Shown here one piece after another: positions 18,852 through 28,483 of a stretch of DNA of 64,000 nucleotides. This DNA is from Thermoanaerobaculia bacterium. GTDB taxonomy: Bacteria; Acidobacteriota; Thermoanaerobaculia; UBA5066; Gp7-AA6. The translations under genes and the position numbers were made by a program. Within the stretch, counting starts at the first letter, position 1. Each line of letters opens with the position of its first letter. The notes beneath the pieces are model-generated. The model was not told the DNA's origin, ran no database searches, and saw only the letters and a program-made list of their open reading frames with translations. The stretch covers positions 8,708-72,707 of the forward strand of contig JBKJWL010000054.1 in assembly GCA_046716885.1 (NCBI GenBank). Reading direction: 5' to 3'.

Positions 18852-19731
18852 CGGCTCCCATCGCCGGCTCCTCCCGGAGTAGGACGACTCGAGCACCAGG
18901 CGCCGCCAGACGCTCCGCGACGGCCTTCTCCAGGGTCGGCACCGCCGCGAAGGTTCCGCCCGAGAGGACGACGTCGTGAGGAGTCGAGGCGAGCCTCAGA
19001 CGTTCGCGCACGCTCGACGCCGCGAGCGCGAGCTCCTGGACGGCCGCCTCGAGAATCCCCCGCGCGGTCTCGTCCCCGCTGAGCGCCGCTTCTTCCACGC
19101 GCGTGGCGAAGGCCGCGACGCGGGACCGCGGAAACTCGCCGTCGTAGACCGAGCGGAGGATCTGGCCCGGTGCCGCGATCTCGAAATGATCGTTCAGGAG
19201 CTCCTGCAAGCGCGTCACGGGACCGCGCCCGTCCTCCGCCCGCAGCGCCTCGCGCACGGCCCGGACGCCGATCCAGAAGCCGGAGCCCTCGTCTCCCAGG
19301 TGCCAGCCCCAGCCCCCGGATCGAGCCACCTCGCCGGAGGCGTTCCTTCCCCAGGCGATCGACCCGGTGCCGCAGACGAGCGCCAGGCCCACGCGTGCGG
19401 ACGAGCAGCCCGCGACGAAGGCGATCCGCGCGTCGTTGGTGACGACGACCCGGTCCCGAAATCCGAGACGTCTCAGGATCGCCCGCAGCACGGCCTCGTC
19501 CTCCGGCCGGTCCGCGCCGGCGATTCCCAGGGCGAGAGCCTCCGGGCGCGGCCCGCCCGGCCCCTCCACCTCCTCGACCAACCCATGGAGCACTTTCTCG
19601 ACGCCGAGCTCGCCGTGGGTCCGCAGGTTCGCGCCGCCGCCTTCGGCGCGCGACACGACCCGCCCCGTTTCCTCCGCCAGCAGCGCGACCGTCTTGGTGC
19701 CGCCGGCGTCGATGCCGAGGACGCGCCGCAT
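18823..19731 (-). CDS. BadF/BadG family N-acetylglucosamine/N-acetylmuramic acid kinase
   Basis: LGIDAGGTKT, NDA, GTGSIA, GGWG..LGDEGSG. Confidence 0.9.
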   Translation of the reverse strand: MRRVLGIDAGGTKTVALLAEETGRVVSRAEGGGANLRTHGELGVEKVLHGLVEEVEGPGGPRPEALALGIAGADRPEDEAVLRAILRRLGFRDRVVVTNDARIAFVAGCSSARVGLALVCGTGSIAWGRNASGEVARSGGWGWHLGDEGSGFWIGVRAVREALRAEDGRGPVTRLQELLNDHFEIAAPGQILRSVYDGEFPRSRVAAFATRVEEAALSGDETARGILEAAVQELALAASSVRERLRLASTPHDVVLSGGTFAAVPTLEKAVAERLAAPGARVVLLREEPAMGAVSLALEALS

Positions 19732-19733
19732 CG

Positions 19734-21371
19734 TCAGGCGGCTGCCCCGGCTGGCGGAGCTCGGGTTGGTCTCACGCCGTAGCGCGCCGCGAGCACCGCG
19801 GCGGCGCCGGCCGCGGCGACGAGCCCGACGACCGCGAGCCCGCCGAGCCGAAGCCAGTCGGGAATTGCGGCCGGCGCCAGGAGCCGGGCGACCGCGGCGG
19901 CGTAATTCACGCCCTCCTCCGGGTTCAGGCGCGCCGCCTTCAGCGCCGACAGGAGCGAGGAGACGCCAGCGGCGATCAGGAAGCCCACGACCCCGGCGCC
20001 GGCGGCGACGAGCGTGAGCCGCGCCCGCGTCACGGGCCGGGCTTCTATGCGACCGAGCGCGTCGAGCTCCGGCTCGCGCCCCCCGATCGGAGCGAACCGC
20101 TGCAGAAGCAGAAGCCCCGGTATGGCGGCGACAGTGCTCATCAGGAAAAACGGGGTCCACCCCAGCGCATCGGCGGTGAAACCGGCGATCGGCCCGGGGA
20201 GGATGCGGCCGATGGCGAAGATGCTCGAGAAGAGGGCGTACTGGGTGGCGGAGAACTGCCTCTGCGTCATCCGCAAGAGGAGCACGCCGAAGGCTCCCGT
20301 CGCCATTCCCTGGCATAGGTTCTCGACGGCGATCGCGGAATACATCACCAGGCGGTGGGACATCGGCTGAATCACCGCGCCGACGACGCCGCCCGCGCAG
20401 GGCGAGCCCGGCGTGAGCTGGTCCACGGCGATCAAGCCGAGGAACCCGACGTCCTGCATCGCGCCGAAGATCCACAGGCAGCGCGTGAGCCCGAAGCGTT
20501 CCGTGGAGAAGCCGCCCACGATCGTCCCCGTGATCAGAAAGGTCAGGCCTATCGTGGCGGTTGCCAGCCCCACGTCCTCGGGCACGTAGCACTTTTGGAT
20601 CAGGAACGGCCGGACGAGCGCCGTCGCGAGGTTCTCGCCGAATTTGTAGAGGACCAGGAAGCCCAGGATCGGGAGAATCCCGGCGCGGCGGAAGAGATCG
20701 ATGAGAGGCCCCACGACCGCGTCCCGGAGCGTACGGGGCGGAACGGGCGCCACGGCCGGCTCCGGCGACCGGAGGACGACCATCGCCAGCGGCACGAACA
20801 GAAACGCCAGGACGACGAACACCGGCGGCCACCCCAGCCACTGCCCGAAAGTGATCGTCACCGCCCCGGACAGCAGGACCGCCGAGCGGGCAAACGCCGT
20901 CCGCGCTCCGACCGCGATGCCCTGCTCCTTGCGCTCGAGCACCTCGACCGCATACGCGTCGATCACGATGTCCTGGGACGCGGAGCCGAAGGCGATGAGC
21001 AGGGCGAGCACGGCCACGACGCCGACCGTCCCCGTCCCTCCGACGGAGGCGAGCCCGAGAAACCCGCAGAACAGGAACGCCTGGCAGACCAGGATCCACG
21101 AGCGGCGCGCGCCGAGATTCCCGAAGCGCGGGGCCCAGCGATCCATCAGGGGCGACCACAGGAACTTGAAGGTCCAGGGCGCCTGCGCCAGAGCGAACAG
21201 GCCGACCGTGCGGATGTCCTCCCCGCGGTACGTCAGGAACGCGGGCAGCGCGATCCACACCAGGCCAAGCGGCAGCCCCGACGAGAACGACTGCAGCGTG
21301 ACGGCGCCGATGCGCCGGGAGGACGCGGCGGCGCGCAGGCTCGCCAGGGTCCCGACGCGCTCGCCCGCCAT
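19734..21371 (-). CDS. ampG: AmpG-like muropeptide MFS permease
   Basis: SFSSGLP, PWTFKFLWSPLMD, SASQDIVIDAY, LYKFG, FSATQYAL. Confidence 0.92.
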   Translation of the reverse strand: MAGERVGTLASLRAAASSRRIGAVTLQSFSSGLPLGLVWIALPAFLTYRGEDIRTVGLFALAQAPWTFKFLWSPLMDRWAPRFGNLGARRSWILVCQAFLFCGFLGLASVGGTGTVGVVAVLALLIAFGSASQDIVIDAYAVEVLERKEQGIAVGARTAFARSAVLLSGAVTITFGQWLGWPPVFVVLAFLFVPLAMVVLRSPEPAVAPVPPRTLRDAVVGPLIDLFRRAGILPILGFLVLYKFGENLATALVRPFLIQKCYVPEDVGLATATIGLTFLITGTIVGGFSTERFGLTRCLWIFGAMQDVGFLGLIAVDQLTPGSPCAGGVVGAVIQPMSHRLVMYSAIAVENLCQGMATGAFGVLLLRMTQRQFSATQYALFSSIFAIGRILPGPIAGFTADALGWTPFFLMSTVAAIPGLLLLQRFAPIGGREPELDALGRIEARPVTRARLTLVAAGAGVVGFLIAAGVSSLLSALKAARLNPEEGVNYAAAVARLLAPAAIPDWLRLGGLAVVGLVAAAGAAAVLAARYGVRPTRAPPAGAAA

Positions 21372-21425
21372 GAAGTCAGTTTACGATCCTTGACAGGCGA
21401 AACGCGCGTCTGATCTTGTCTGCCC

Positions 21426-22736
21426 ATGCTGAACATCCTCGCCGCGCCCGCCCTCGCCGCCGGACTCCTCGCCCTGCCGGCCGCGTCCGGCTCTCCCGCT
21501 TTGGCTCCGCTGAATGGGATCTATCCGGACCTCGACGCGCTCTACGTCGACCTGCATCAGACGCCCGAGCTCTCGCTCCACGAGGAAAAGACCTCGGCGA
21601 AGCTCGCCGGGCGGTTGAAGGCGCTCGGGTACGAGGTCACCGAGCGTGTCGGAGGCTACGGGGTCGTGGCCGTGATGAAAAACGGCAAGGGCCCGACGGT
21701 CCTCGTGCGCGCCGATATGGACGCATTGCCCATCCTGGAGAAGACGGGGCTTCCTTACGCCAGCAAGGTGACGGTGAAAAACGACGCCGGCGTAGAGGTC
21801 CCCGTCATGCACGCCTGCGGCCACGACGTCCATATGACGTCGCTGATCGGCGCCGCCACGCTGCTGGCGAAATCGAAGAGCCGGTGGCGCGGCACCCTCG
21901 TCCTCGTCGCCCAGCCTGCCGAGGAGGGCGGCGGCGGCGCCAAGAGCATGCTGAAGGACGGCCTTCTGACCCGCTTCCCGAAGCCGGATTTCGCGCTCGC
22001 GCTTCACGATTTCCCGTTTCTGCCAGCCGGAAAGGTCGGAGTGACGTCCGGCTACGCCCTGGCCAACGTGGATTCCGTCGACATCACGATCTACGGACGG
22101 GGCGGCCACGGCTCCGCGCCCCAGAACACCGTGGATCCGATCGTGATCGCGGCGCGGACCGTCCTGGCGCTGCAGACGATCGTGTCCCGCGAGAACGATC
22201 CGCGAGACCCGGCTGTCGTGACCGTCGGGTCGATTCACGGCGGGACCAAGCACAACATCATTCCCGACGAGGTCCGCCTCCAGCTCACCGTGCGCACCTA
22301 CAAGGACGAGGTGCGCAAGCGGGTCCTCGCTTCGATCGCGCGCATCGCGAAGGCCGAGGCCGCCGCTGCGGGCGCGCCGAAGGAGCCCGCGGTGGTCGTG
22401 GACGAGGACCGCGGATACGCCACGTACAACGACCCGGCGCTGGCGCGGCGAGTCTCCGGCGCGCTCTCGGCGGCGCTCGGCAAAGGCAACGTCGTCGACA
22501 CGCAGCCGGTCATGGGCGGCGAAGACTTCGGCGAGATCGGCGCCGCGGCGAAGATCCCCTCCGTGCTCTTCTGGGTCGGGGGCACCGAACCGAAGACGTT
22601 CGCGGCCGCCGGCGGCGACATGACGCGCCTGCCGTACCTCCACTCCTCCGAGTGGGCGCCGGACCGCGAGCCGACGCTGAAGACGGGGACGGCGGCGCTC
22701 ACCGTCGCGGCCCTGGAGCTGCTGGGCAAGCCCTAA
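21426..22736 (+). CDS. M20D family amidohydrolase (secreted)
   Basis: LHQTPELS, RADMDALP, MHACGHD, QPAEE, GGHG, GEDF, LHS. Confidence 0.93.
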   Translation: MLNILAAPALAAGLLALPAASGSPALAPLNGIYPDLDALYVDLHQTPELSLHEEKTSAKLAGRLKALGYEVTERVGGYGVVAVMKNGKGPTVLVRADMDALPILEKTGLPYASKVTVKNDAGVEVPVMHACGHDVHMTSLIGAATLLAKSKSRWRGTLVLVAQPAEEGGGGAKSMLKDGLLTRFPKPDFALALHDFPFLPAGKVGVTSGYALANVDSVDITIYGRGGHGSAPQNTVDPIVIAARTVLALQTIVSRENDPRDPAVVTVGSIHGGTKHNIIPDEVRLQLTVRTYKDEVRKRVLASIARIAKAEAAAAGAPKEPAVVVDEDRGYATYNDPALARRVSGALSAALGKGNVVDTQPVMGGEDFGEIGAAAKIPSVLFWVGGTEPKTFAAAGGDMTRLPYLHSSEWAPDREPTLKTGTAALTVAALELLGKP

Positions 22737-22740
22737 GACT

Positions 22741-23631
22741 GTGAGCGGCGTCCTCGACTTCCAGCTCTTTCGCATCGCCGGGTCCCCGGTCACGGTCGGA
22801 AGCCTGATCACCGCCCTGGCAATTTTCGCGAGCTCTTACATCCTCGCGCGGTTGGCGCGGCGCGTGGTGGTTCAGCGTGTTCTCGCAGGCACACGCCTGA
22901 CCGCCGGCATCCGCTACGCGATCGGGCGGTTCCTCGGGTATCTGATCCTCTTTTTCGGGACCGTCGTCGCCCTGGAGACTCTCGGCGTCCACGCGGGGGC
23001 GCTCGCGGCATTCGGCGCGGCGTTGGGTATCGGCATCGGCTTCGGCCTGCAGGACATCGCCCGGAACTTCATATCGGGCCTGATCCTGCTCATCGAGCGG
23101 CCGGTCCAGGTGGGCGACCGGATCGAAGTCGGCAACGTCTCGGGGGACGTCGTCGAGATCCGAAGCCGGGCGACGGTGGTCCGCACCAACGACGACATCC
23201 ATCTGATCGTGCCCAATTCCCGGTTCATCTCCGATACCGTCATCAACCATAGCTTCGGCAAGTCGCGCGTACGCCGCAGGATTCCCGTCCGTGTGGCTTC
23301 GAGCTCGAACCCTCGCGAGGTGGAGACGGTCCTGGTCGAGGCGGCGCGCTCCAGCGCGAACGTCCTTTCGGACCCGCCGCCGACAGTCCGGCTGCGCGGG
23401 TTCGGAGATTCCTCGCTCGATTTCGAGCTCCTATGCTGGACCGCGACGAGGCTCAATCTTCCCGGGGCGTTTCGGAGCGAGCTCAATTTCCTGGTGCACG
23501 AGGCTTTGACCAAACACGGCATCCAGCTCCCCTCCCCGCAGCACGACGTGCACATCCGTTCGGCTGTCCCGCTCGATCGGCCCGTTGCGGGCAACGGCCT
23601 CCCGGGGTCCGGCACGGAAGATGCAGATTGA
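22741..23631 (+). CDS. mscS: MscS family mechanosensitive channel
   Basis: GIGFGLQDIARNFISG...ERPVQVGD...VPNS; FGDSSLDFEL. Confidence 0.92.
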   Translation: MSGVLDFQLFRIAGSPVTVGSLITALAIFASSYILARLARRVVVQRVLAGTRLTAGIRYAIGRFLGYLILFFGTVVALETLGVHAGALAAFGAALGIGIGFGLQDIARNFISGLILLIERPVQVGDRIEVGNVSGDVVEIRSRATVVRTNDDIHLIVPNSRFISDTVINHSFGKSRVRRRIPVRVASSSNPREVETVLVEAARSSANVLSDPPPTVRLRGFGDSSLDFELLCWTATRLNLPGAFRSELNFLVHEALTKHGIQLPSPQHDVHIRSAVPLDRPVAGNGLPGSGTEDAD

Positions 23632-23648
23632 TAGGACCGGGAGGAGTC

Positions 23649-23852
23649 ATGAACAAGGAGGAGCGCGAAGGTAAAGCGGCGACCCTGAAGGGTCGCGTCA
23701 AGCAAGCGGCTGGGATCCTCATCGACGACGAAAAGCTCGAAAAGCAAGGCTCTCGAGATCGTACAGAGGGCGAGGCCCGGGAAACGGTGGGTAAGGCCCG
23801 CCGAAAGGTCGGCGAGGTCCTCGAGGATCTCGGGAAGAAAATCAAGCGCTGA
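23649..23852 (+). CDS. CsbD family protein
   Basis: GGAGGAG SD; MNKEEREGK..LKGRVKQAAG.L.DDE.LE..G..DR.EG. Confidence 0.88.
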   Translation: MNKEEREGKAATLKGRVKQAAGILIDDEKLEKQGSRDRTEGEARETVGKARRKVGEVLEDLGKKIKR

Positions 23853-23928
23853 CGGCGACGCTGTCGGCCCAGAGCACCGGACGGACATCCTCTCACCGGC
23901 GCGGGTGAATCTGCTTTAGGATTCGCCA

Positions 23929-25884
23929 ATGGCCAGCGCCCGCCCCATTCGACGACCCCGCTCCGCCGTCTCAGCCCGGCCGCGCCGCCCTCAGCGTCAG
24001 CGCTTCCACGAGGCGGCGAGCCTCTACGGGATCCCGAACTGGGGCAAGGGATTCTTCCACGTCTCCGAGGACGGGGATCTCGTCGTGCGGCCCACCCGCG
24101 AGGCGGGGCGGAGCGTGTCGCTCAAGCAGATCGTGGACGAGGCCGCGGCGCGCGGCATCGCGACGCCCCTGGTGATCCGCTTCCCGCAGATCCTGTCGAC
24201 CGCCGTCGCGAACCTGAACGACGCCTTCGCCCGCGCCATCGACGAGTACGGCTACGGCAACGTCTTCCGCGGCGTCTTCCCGATCAAGGTCAACCAGAAG
24301 CGCGTCGTCGTGGACCACATCGTCGCGGCCGGGCACCGGTACGGTTACGGCCTCGAGGCCGGCTCCAAGCCCGAGCTCCTTGCGGCGATCGCCGCGGACC
24401 TCGGCCCCGAGTGCCTCATCACGTGTAACGGCTACAAGGACGACACCTTCGTGCGCATGGCCTTGAACGCCGTCCGGATGAAGAAGAAGGTCGTGCTGAT
24501 CCTCGAGAAAGTCTCCGAGCTCGACCGGATCCTCTCGGTCGCAAAGGCGCGGGGCGTCCGGCCGCTCATCGGAATGCGCGCCAAGCTCTACGCCCGCGGG
24601 TCCGGGAAGTGGGCCAAGTCGGGCGGCGAGGCGGCCAAGTTCGGCCTGACGACTCCCGAGATGCTCGAGACCGTGAAGATCCTCAAGTCGAAGAAGATGC
24701 TCGACTGCATGGTCATGCTGCATTTCCACATCGGGTCGCAGATCACCGACATCCGCAAGATCAAGGACGCGATCCGCGAAGCCGGGCGCGTGTACGCGAA
24801 GCTGCGCGCCGAGGGTGTGCCGATCCAGTACCTGAACCTCGGCGGCGGCCTCGGGGTGGACTACGACGGCTCGAAGACCGCCTTCGAGTCGTCCATGAAC
24901 TACTCGGTTCAGGAGTACGCCAACGACGTCGTGTACACCGTCAAGCAGATCTGCGACGAGGAGAAGGTGCCGGCGCCCGTGCTGGTGACCGAGTCGGGCC
25001 GCGCCGTGACCGCCTATCACTCCGTCTTCGTGACCAACGTGCTCGACGTCGCCGACCGGATCGAGCAGGGCCGCCGCGTGGACGTCGGGGCGGGCGACCC
25101 CAACGTCCTCCAGGAGCTCGCGTCCATCTACGAGACGGTCAATGCCAAGACGATCCGCGAGAGCTACCACGACGCCCTCCAGTACAAGGAGGAGCTCTTC
25201 ACGCTATTCAACCTCGGGCACCTGTCCCTGGAGGACCGTTCGCGGGGGGAGATCCTCTTCTGGCAGATCTGCGAGAAGATCCACAAGGACCTGAAGACTC
25301 TGAAGGAGATTCCCGAGGAGTTCGAGGACATGGAGACGACGCTCGCCGACAAGTACGTCCTGAACTTCTCGGTCTTTCAGTCCCTTCCGGACGTCTGGGC
25401 GATCGACCAGCTCTTCCCCGTCCTGCCGATCCACCGGCTCGACGAGCGGCCCGGGGAGCTCGGCACGCTCGTCGACATCACGTGCGACTCGGACGGGAAG
25501 ATCGAGAAGTTCATCGACCTGCGCGACATCAAGGAGACGCTGCCGCTGCACGCGCTGAAGGACGGCGAGCCGTACTACATCGGGGTCTGCCTCATGGGCG
25601 CCTACCAGGACGTGCTCGGCGACCTGCACAACCTGTTCGGAGAGGCGCACGAAGTCATCGTCACCGTCGACGAGAAGGGGCGAGGGCACATCGACGACGT
25701 GCTTCCGGGCGAATCCTGCGAACGGGTGCTCGAGTACATGAACTATGACCGGACCGGGATTCTCGACTCGATCGGGCGCCAGCTCGCCCGCGTGGCCGGC
25801 AGGCCGCTGAAGAAGGACGAAGCGCGCTCGATCTACAAGGAGTTCGAGGAGGTCTTCCCGCGCTACACATACCTGGAGCGCTGA
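23929..25884 (+). CDS. speA: biosynthetic arginine decarboxylase
   Basis: FPIKVNQ, LEAGSKPE, KFGL, HFHIGSQ, GGGLGVDYDG, TESGR, ITCDSDG. Confidence 0.96.
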   Translation: MASARPIRRPRSAVSARPRRPQRQRFHEAASLYGIPNWGKGFFHVSEDGDLVVRPTREAGRSVSLKQIVDEAAARGIATPLVIRFPQILSTAVANLNDAFARAIDEYGYGNVFRGVFPIKVNQKRVVVDHIVAAGHRYGYGLEAGSKPELLAAIAADLGPECLITCNGYKDDTFVRMALNAVRMKKKVVLILEKVSELDRILSVAKARGVRPLIGMRAKLYARGSGKWAKSGGEAAKFGLTTPEMLETVKILKSKKMLDCMVMLHFHIGSQITDIRKIKDAIREAGRVYAKLRAEGVPIQYLNLGGGLGVDYDGSKTAFESSMNYSVQEYANDVVYTVKQICDEEKVPAPVLVTESGRAVTAYHSVFVTNVLDVADRIEQGRRVDVGAGDPNVLQELASIYETVNAKTIRESYHDALQYKEELFTLFNLGHLSLEDRSRGEILFWQICEKIHKDLKTLKEIPEEFEDMETTLADKYVLNFSVFQSLPDVWAIDQLFPVLPIHRLDERPGELGTLVDITCDSDGKIEKFIDLRDIKETLPLHALKDGEPYYIGVCLMGAYQDVLGDLHNLFGEAHEVIVTVDEKGRGHIDDVLPGESCERVLEYMNYDRTGILDSIGRQLARVAGRPLKKDEARSIYKEFEEVFPRYTYLER

Positions 25885-26981
25885 CGAGGATTCGGATTTC
25901 GAAGTTTGGATCTCGGAGTCTCTTGCTGGCAGCCTTGCTGCCAGTCACTGCGGGCGCTGCGGTCCCGCCGGCCCCGCCTGCACGGGAGCTCGTCGTCGGC
26001 GTCTACGAGGCGCCCCCGTGGGCGATGAAGGCGAGAGACGGAGCGTGGCGCGGCCTCACCGTCGACCTCTGGAAGGAGGTAGCCGCGGATTTGAGCCTCC
26101 CCTATCGCTTCGTTGAGGCCCCGCCCAACGCCATCCTCGACGCCGTGAGCCAGGGCCGCATGGACCTTTCCGCCGGCCCCTTCGCCGCGACGATCGAGCG
26201 CGAGCAACTGCTGGATTTCACGCACGCGTACATCGTCTCGGGCGTCGGTGTCGCGGTGCGCCGCAGGGCCGACGAGGATCGCTGGCTCGCGGTGGTCGAG
26301 GCGCTCTCGACGCCGACGGCCCTGCGCCTGTACGTCGCGGTCGCGGTGCTGATGTTCCTGGCGGGCGCGGCCCTGTGGCTTCTCGAGCGCCGGCGCAACG
26401 CCATGTTCTCCGGCTCGACCGCACGGGGCCTCGGCTCCGGATTCTGGTGGGCCGGCGTGACGACCGTCGGCGTGGGGTACGGCGACAAAGTGCCGATCAC
26501 GTTTTGGGGCCGGCTGATGGCCCTTCTCTGGATGTTCATCAGCCTGATCCTCGTCACATCGTTGACCGCGTTCGTGGCCGCTCGCCTGGCGCTCGCCGAG
26601 TTCGGCGAGATCCGCGGCGTGGCAAGCCTGAGAAACGCCGTCTCGGCCGGCGTCGAGGGCTCGGCCGCGACCGATTTTCTGCGGCGGGAGAAGATCCCGC
26701 ACCGGCTCTATGCCAGCGGCGCCGAGGCGCTCGCAGCACTCTCGGCTGGAGAAGTCAAGGCGGTGGTCTACAACGGAGCGGTGCTGCGGTACTACGCCGA
26801 GCGCGATCCGGGGAAGCTCATCGAGGTGCTGCCGGGAACCCCCGAGGCGATGTCTTACGCCTTCCCCCTGCCGGACGGGAGCCCCCTGCGCGGCCCGATC
26901 AACGCCGCGCTGCGCCGCGCGATGGCGGAGGCGCACTGGCGCGACCTCGAGGACAGGTACCTCGGCGGCGAGGTCCCATAG
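25881..26981 (+). CDS. GluR0-like ligand-gated K+ channel (solute-binding domain split by pore)
   Basis: SBP_bac_3 halves flank TM-pore-TM with TTVGVGYGD filter. Start is probably CTG 25881; TTG 25923 is the alternative. Confidence 0.85.
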   Translation: MTRIRISKFGSRSLLLAALLPVTAGAAVPPAPPARELVVGVYEAPPWAMKARDGAWRGLTVDLWKEVAADLSLPYRFVEAPPNAILDAVSQGRMDLSAGPFAATIEREQLLDFTHAYIVSGVGVAVRRRADEDRWLAVVEALSTPTALRLYVAVAVLMFLAGAALWLLERRRNAMFSGSTARGLGSGFWWAGVTTVGVGYGDKVPITFWGRLMALLWMFISLILVTSLTAFVAARLALAEFGEIRGVASLRNAVSAGVEGSAATDFLRREKIPHRLYASGAEALAALSAGEVKAVVYNGAVLRYYAERDPGKLIEVLPGTPEAMSYAFPLPDGSPLRGPINAALRRAMAEAHWRDLEDRYLGGEVP

Positions 26982-26999
26982 GCCTGCCGAGCGCAGCCG

Positions 27000-27345
27000 T
27001 CATTCCAACAGGAACTCCTTCATGAACAGGACCGCCGCGTAGCACTGGAAATCGCGGTTGGATTTCTTGGCGAAGCCGTGGCCCTCGTCCTTCGCCATGA
27101 GGTACCAGACCCGCGTGCCGACGCCGCGAATCTTCTCGAGCATCTGCACGGACTCGGAAAGCGGCACGCGGGGATCGTTCGCGCCCTGGATGACGAAGAG
27201 CGGCTTCTTGATCCTCTCGGCGTTGTTCAGCGGCGCGGTTTTCTCCAGGAACTGGCGCATCTTCGGGTCGCGCTCGTCGCCGTACTCCGCCCGGCGCAGG
27301 TCCCGCCGGTATCCGGACGTGTTCTCGAGAAACGTCACGAAAGAC
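27000..27345 (-). pseudogene. C-terminal fragment of an S9 prolyl oligopeptidase-family peptidase
   Basis: FVTFLENT..YRR.LR.AEYGD, QGANDPRVP, DEGHGF present; no GxSxG, propeller or good start. Confidence 0.75.
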
Positions 27346-27412
27346 CTCGACGACGAAGAGGTCGCCACCGATTACGCAGCGTGCAGCGGAAAGTTCCCCA
27401 GCGGCGGCCCGA

Positions 27413-28483
27413 TCAGCGCGGCCCTGGAATGGACCAGTTGCCCACCGGGTAGAGCGTCGGGCCGACGGTGTGACAGTCGTCCGCGTCGCCGCCTGTATGC
27501 AGATTGCCGGCCCGGTACCACACGACCACGTCGGGCGAGGTCGTCTCCCCGCTTACGAAGCCGTTGATCTTGATGGCGCAAGCAGGCCCGCTCTGGCCCT
27601 GATCGTCGATCTCGGCCCCCGCCTTGTAGCGCAAAAGCCAGACGTCTCCGACCGAGAACGTGTCGGCTGGAAGGTCCGTCTCCGGTCCCGGCACGATCCG
27701 ATAGCCGCGGTGCGTGCCCGAGTCCACCACCGACCAGGCTATTCCCGGCTGACTCGCTCGGCGCATGGCCTCGGTCGGAAGTACGACGATCGGCGGGCGC
27801 GTACGGCCGCGTCCACCGCCCGAGCCCGGCGCGGGACCCTCCGTGACGATGTCGTTGGCGGAACCGTCCACGTCGAAGTCGAAGCGCCAGTAGGCGTGGT
27901 GGCGGTGAGCATAAGCGACGCACGGGTCGCTCACGGCGGCGTACCCGAAGAAAGGCTCGATCCGCCCGTCGAGATGAAAGGTCCACTTCATGAGGTAGCG
28001 GTACCAACCGGCTTCTGTCTGCGTCGTCAGGATCAATCGGTCCGCAAGCTTCTCGGCGGCCACGCCCTCGAAGCTGCCGACGTCGCCCCCGGAGCCTCCC
28101 GCCTCACAGACGGTCACGGGAGGAACAGTAGGTTCCGCGTAGCCGGGCGAGATCACGTTGTCCGCCTGAAAAACGACCTCCTGATCCATCCAATCGCGGT
28201 AGCACGGGCCGCATCCGGCCTCGTAATTCACGTTGAGGATCGGCACATGCGCCCGCTTCATCACGAGGTAGCCGTTGTAATAGACGTTGCGGATTTCCAG
28301 GCCCGATCCATTCGGGCCGCTGCTGTTGGCGGGCCGCATCCAGCAGAACTGCCACACAGGGTCCGCGGTGGGCCAGGACATCAGTATCTCGGTCGTGCCG
28401 TTGCACGCCGGCTGAGCAGCGCATGGCGCCGCGATCGCGGCGGCGGCGAGGAGGAGACCACCGAGACGGCTGCGCGCGCTCAT
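27413..28483 (-). CDS. secreted copper amine oxidase catalytic-domain-like protein
   Basis: GLEIRNVYY, YRD, GWYRY..KW.F..DG.I, HRHHAYWRFDFDVDG, DVVVWYRAGNLH align by eye to CAO domain D4. Confidence 0.65.
   Translation of the reverse strand: MSARSRLGGLLLAAAAIAAPCAAQPACNGTTEILMSWPTADPVWQFCWMRPANSSGPNGSGLEIRNVYYNGYLVMKRAHVPILNVNYEAGCGPCYRDWMDQEVVFQADNVISPGYAEPTVPPVTVCEAGGSGGDVGSFEGVAAEKLADRLILTTQTEAGWYRYLMKWTFHLDGRIEPFFGYAAVSDPCVAYAHRHHAYWRFDFDVDGSANDIVTEGPAPGSGGGRGRTRPPIVVLPTEAMRRASQPGIAWSVVDSGTHRGYRIVPGPETDLPADTFSVGDVWLLRYKAGAEIDDQGQSGPACAIKINGFVSGETTSPDVVVWYRAGNLHTGGDADDCHTVGPTLYPVGNWSIPGPR

Noticed and set aside
19732-21258. 811-aa ORF suggesting a kinase fusion
   Set aside because: The upstream part is an alternative frame over ampG; the kinase starts at ATG 19731.
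25891-25918. Degenerate heptamer tandem TTCGGAT-TTCGAAG-TTTGGAT-CTCGGAG
   Set aside because: Only four poor copies, probably within a signal-peptide coding region; not CRISPR-like.
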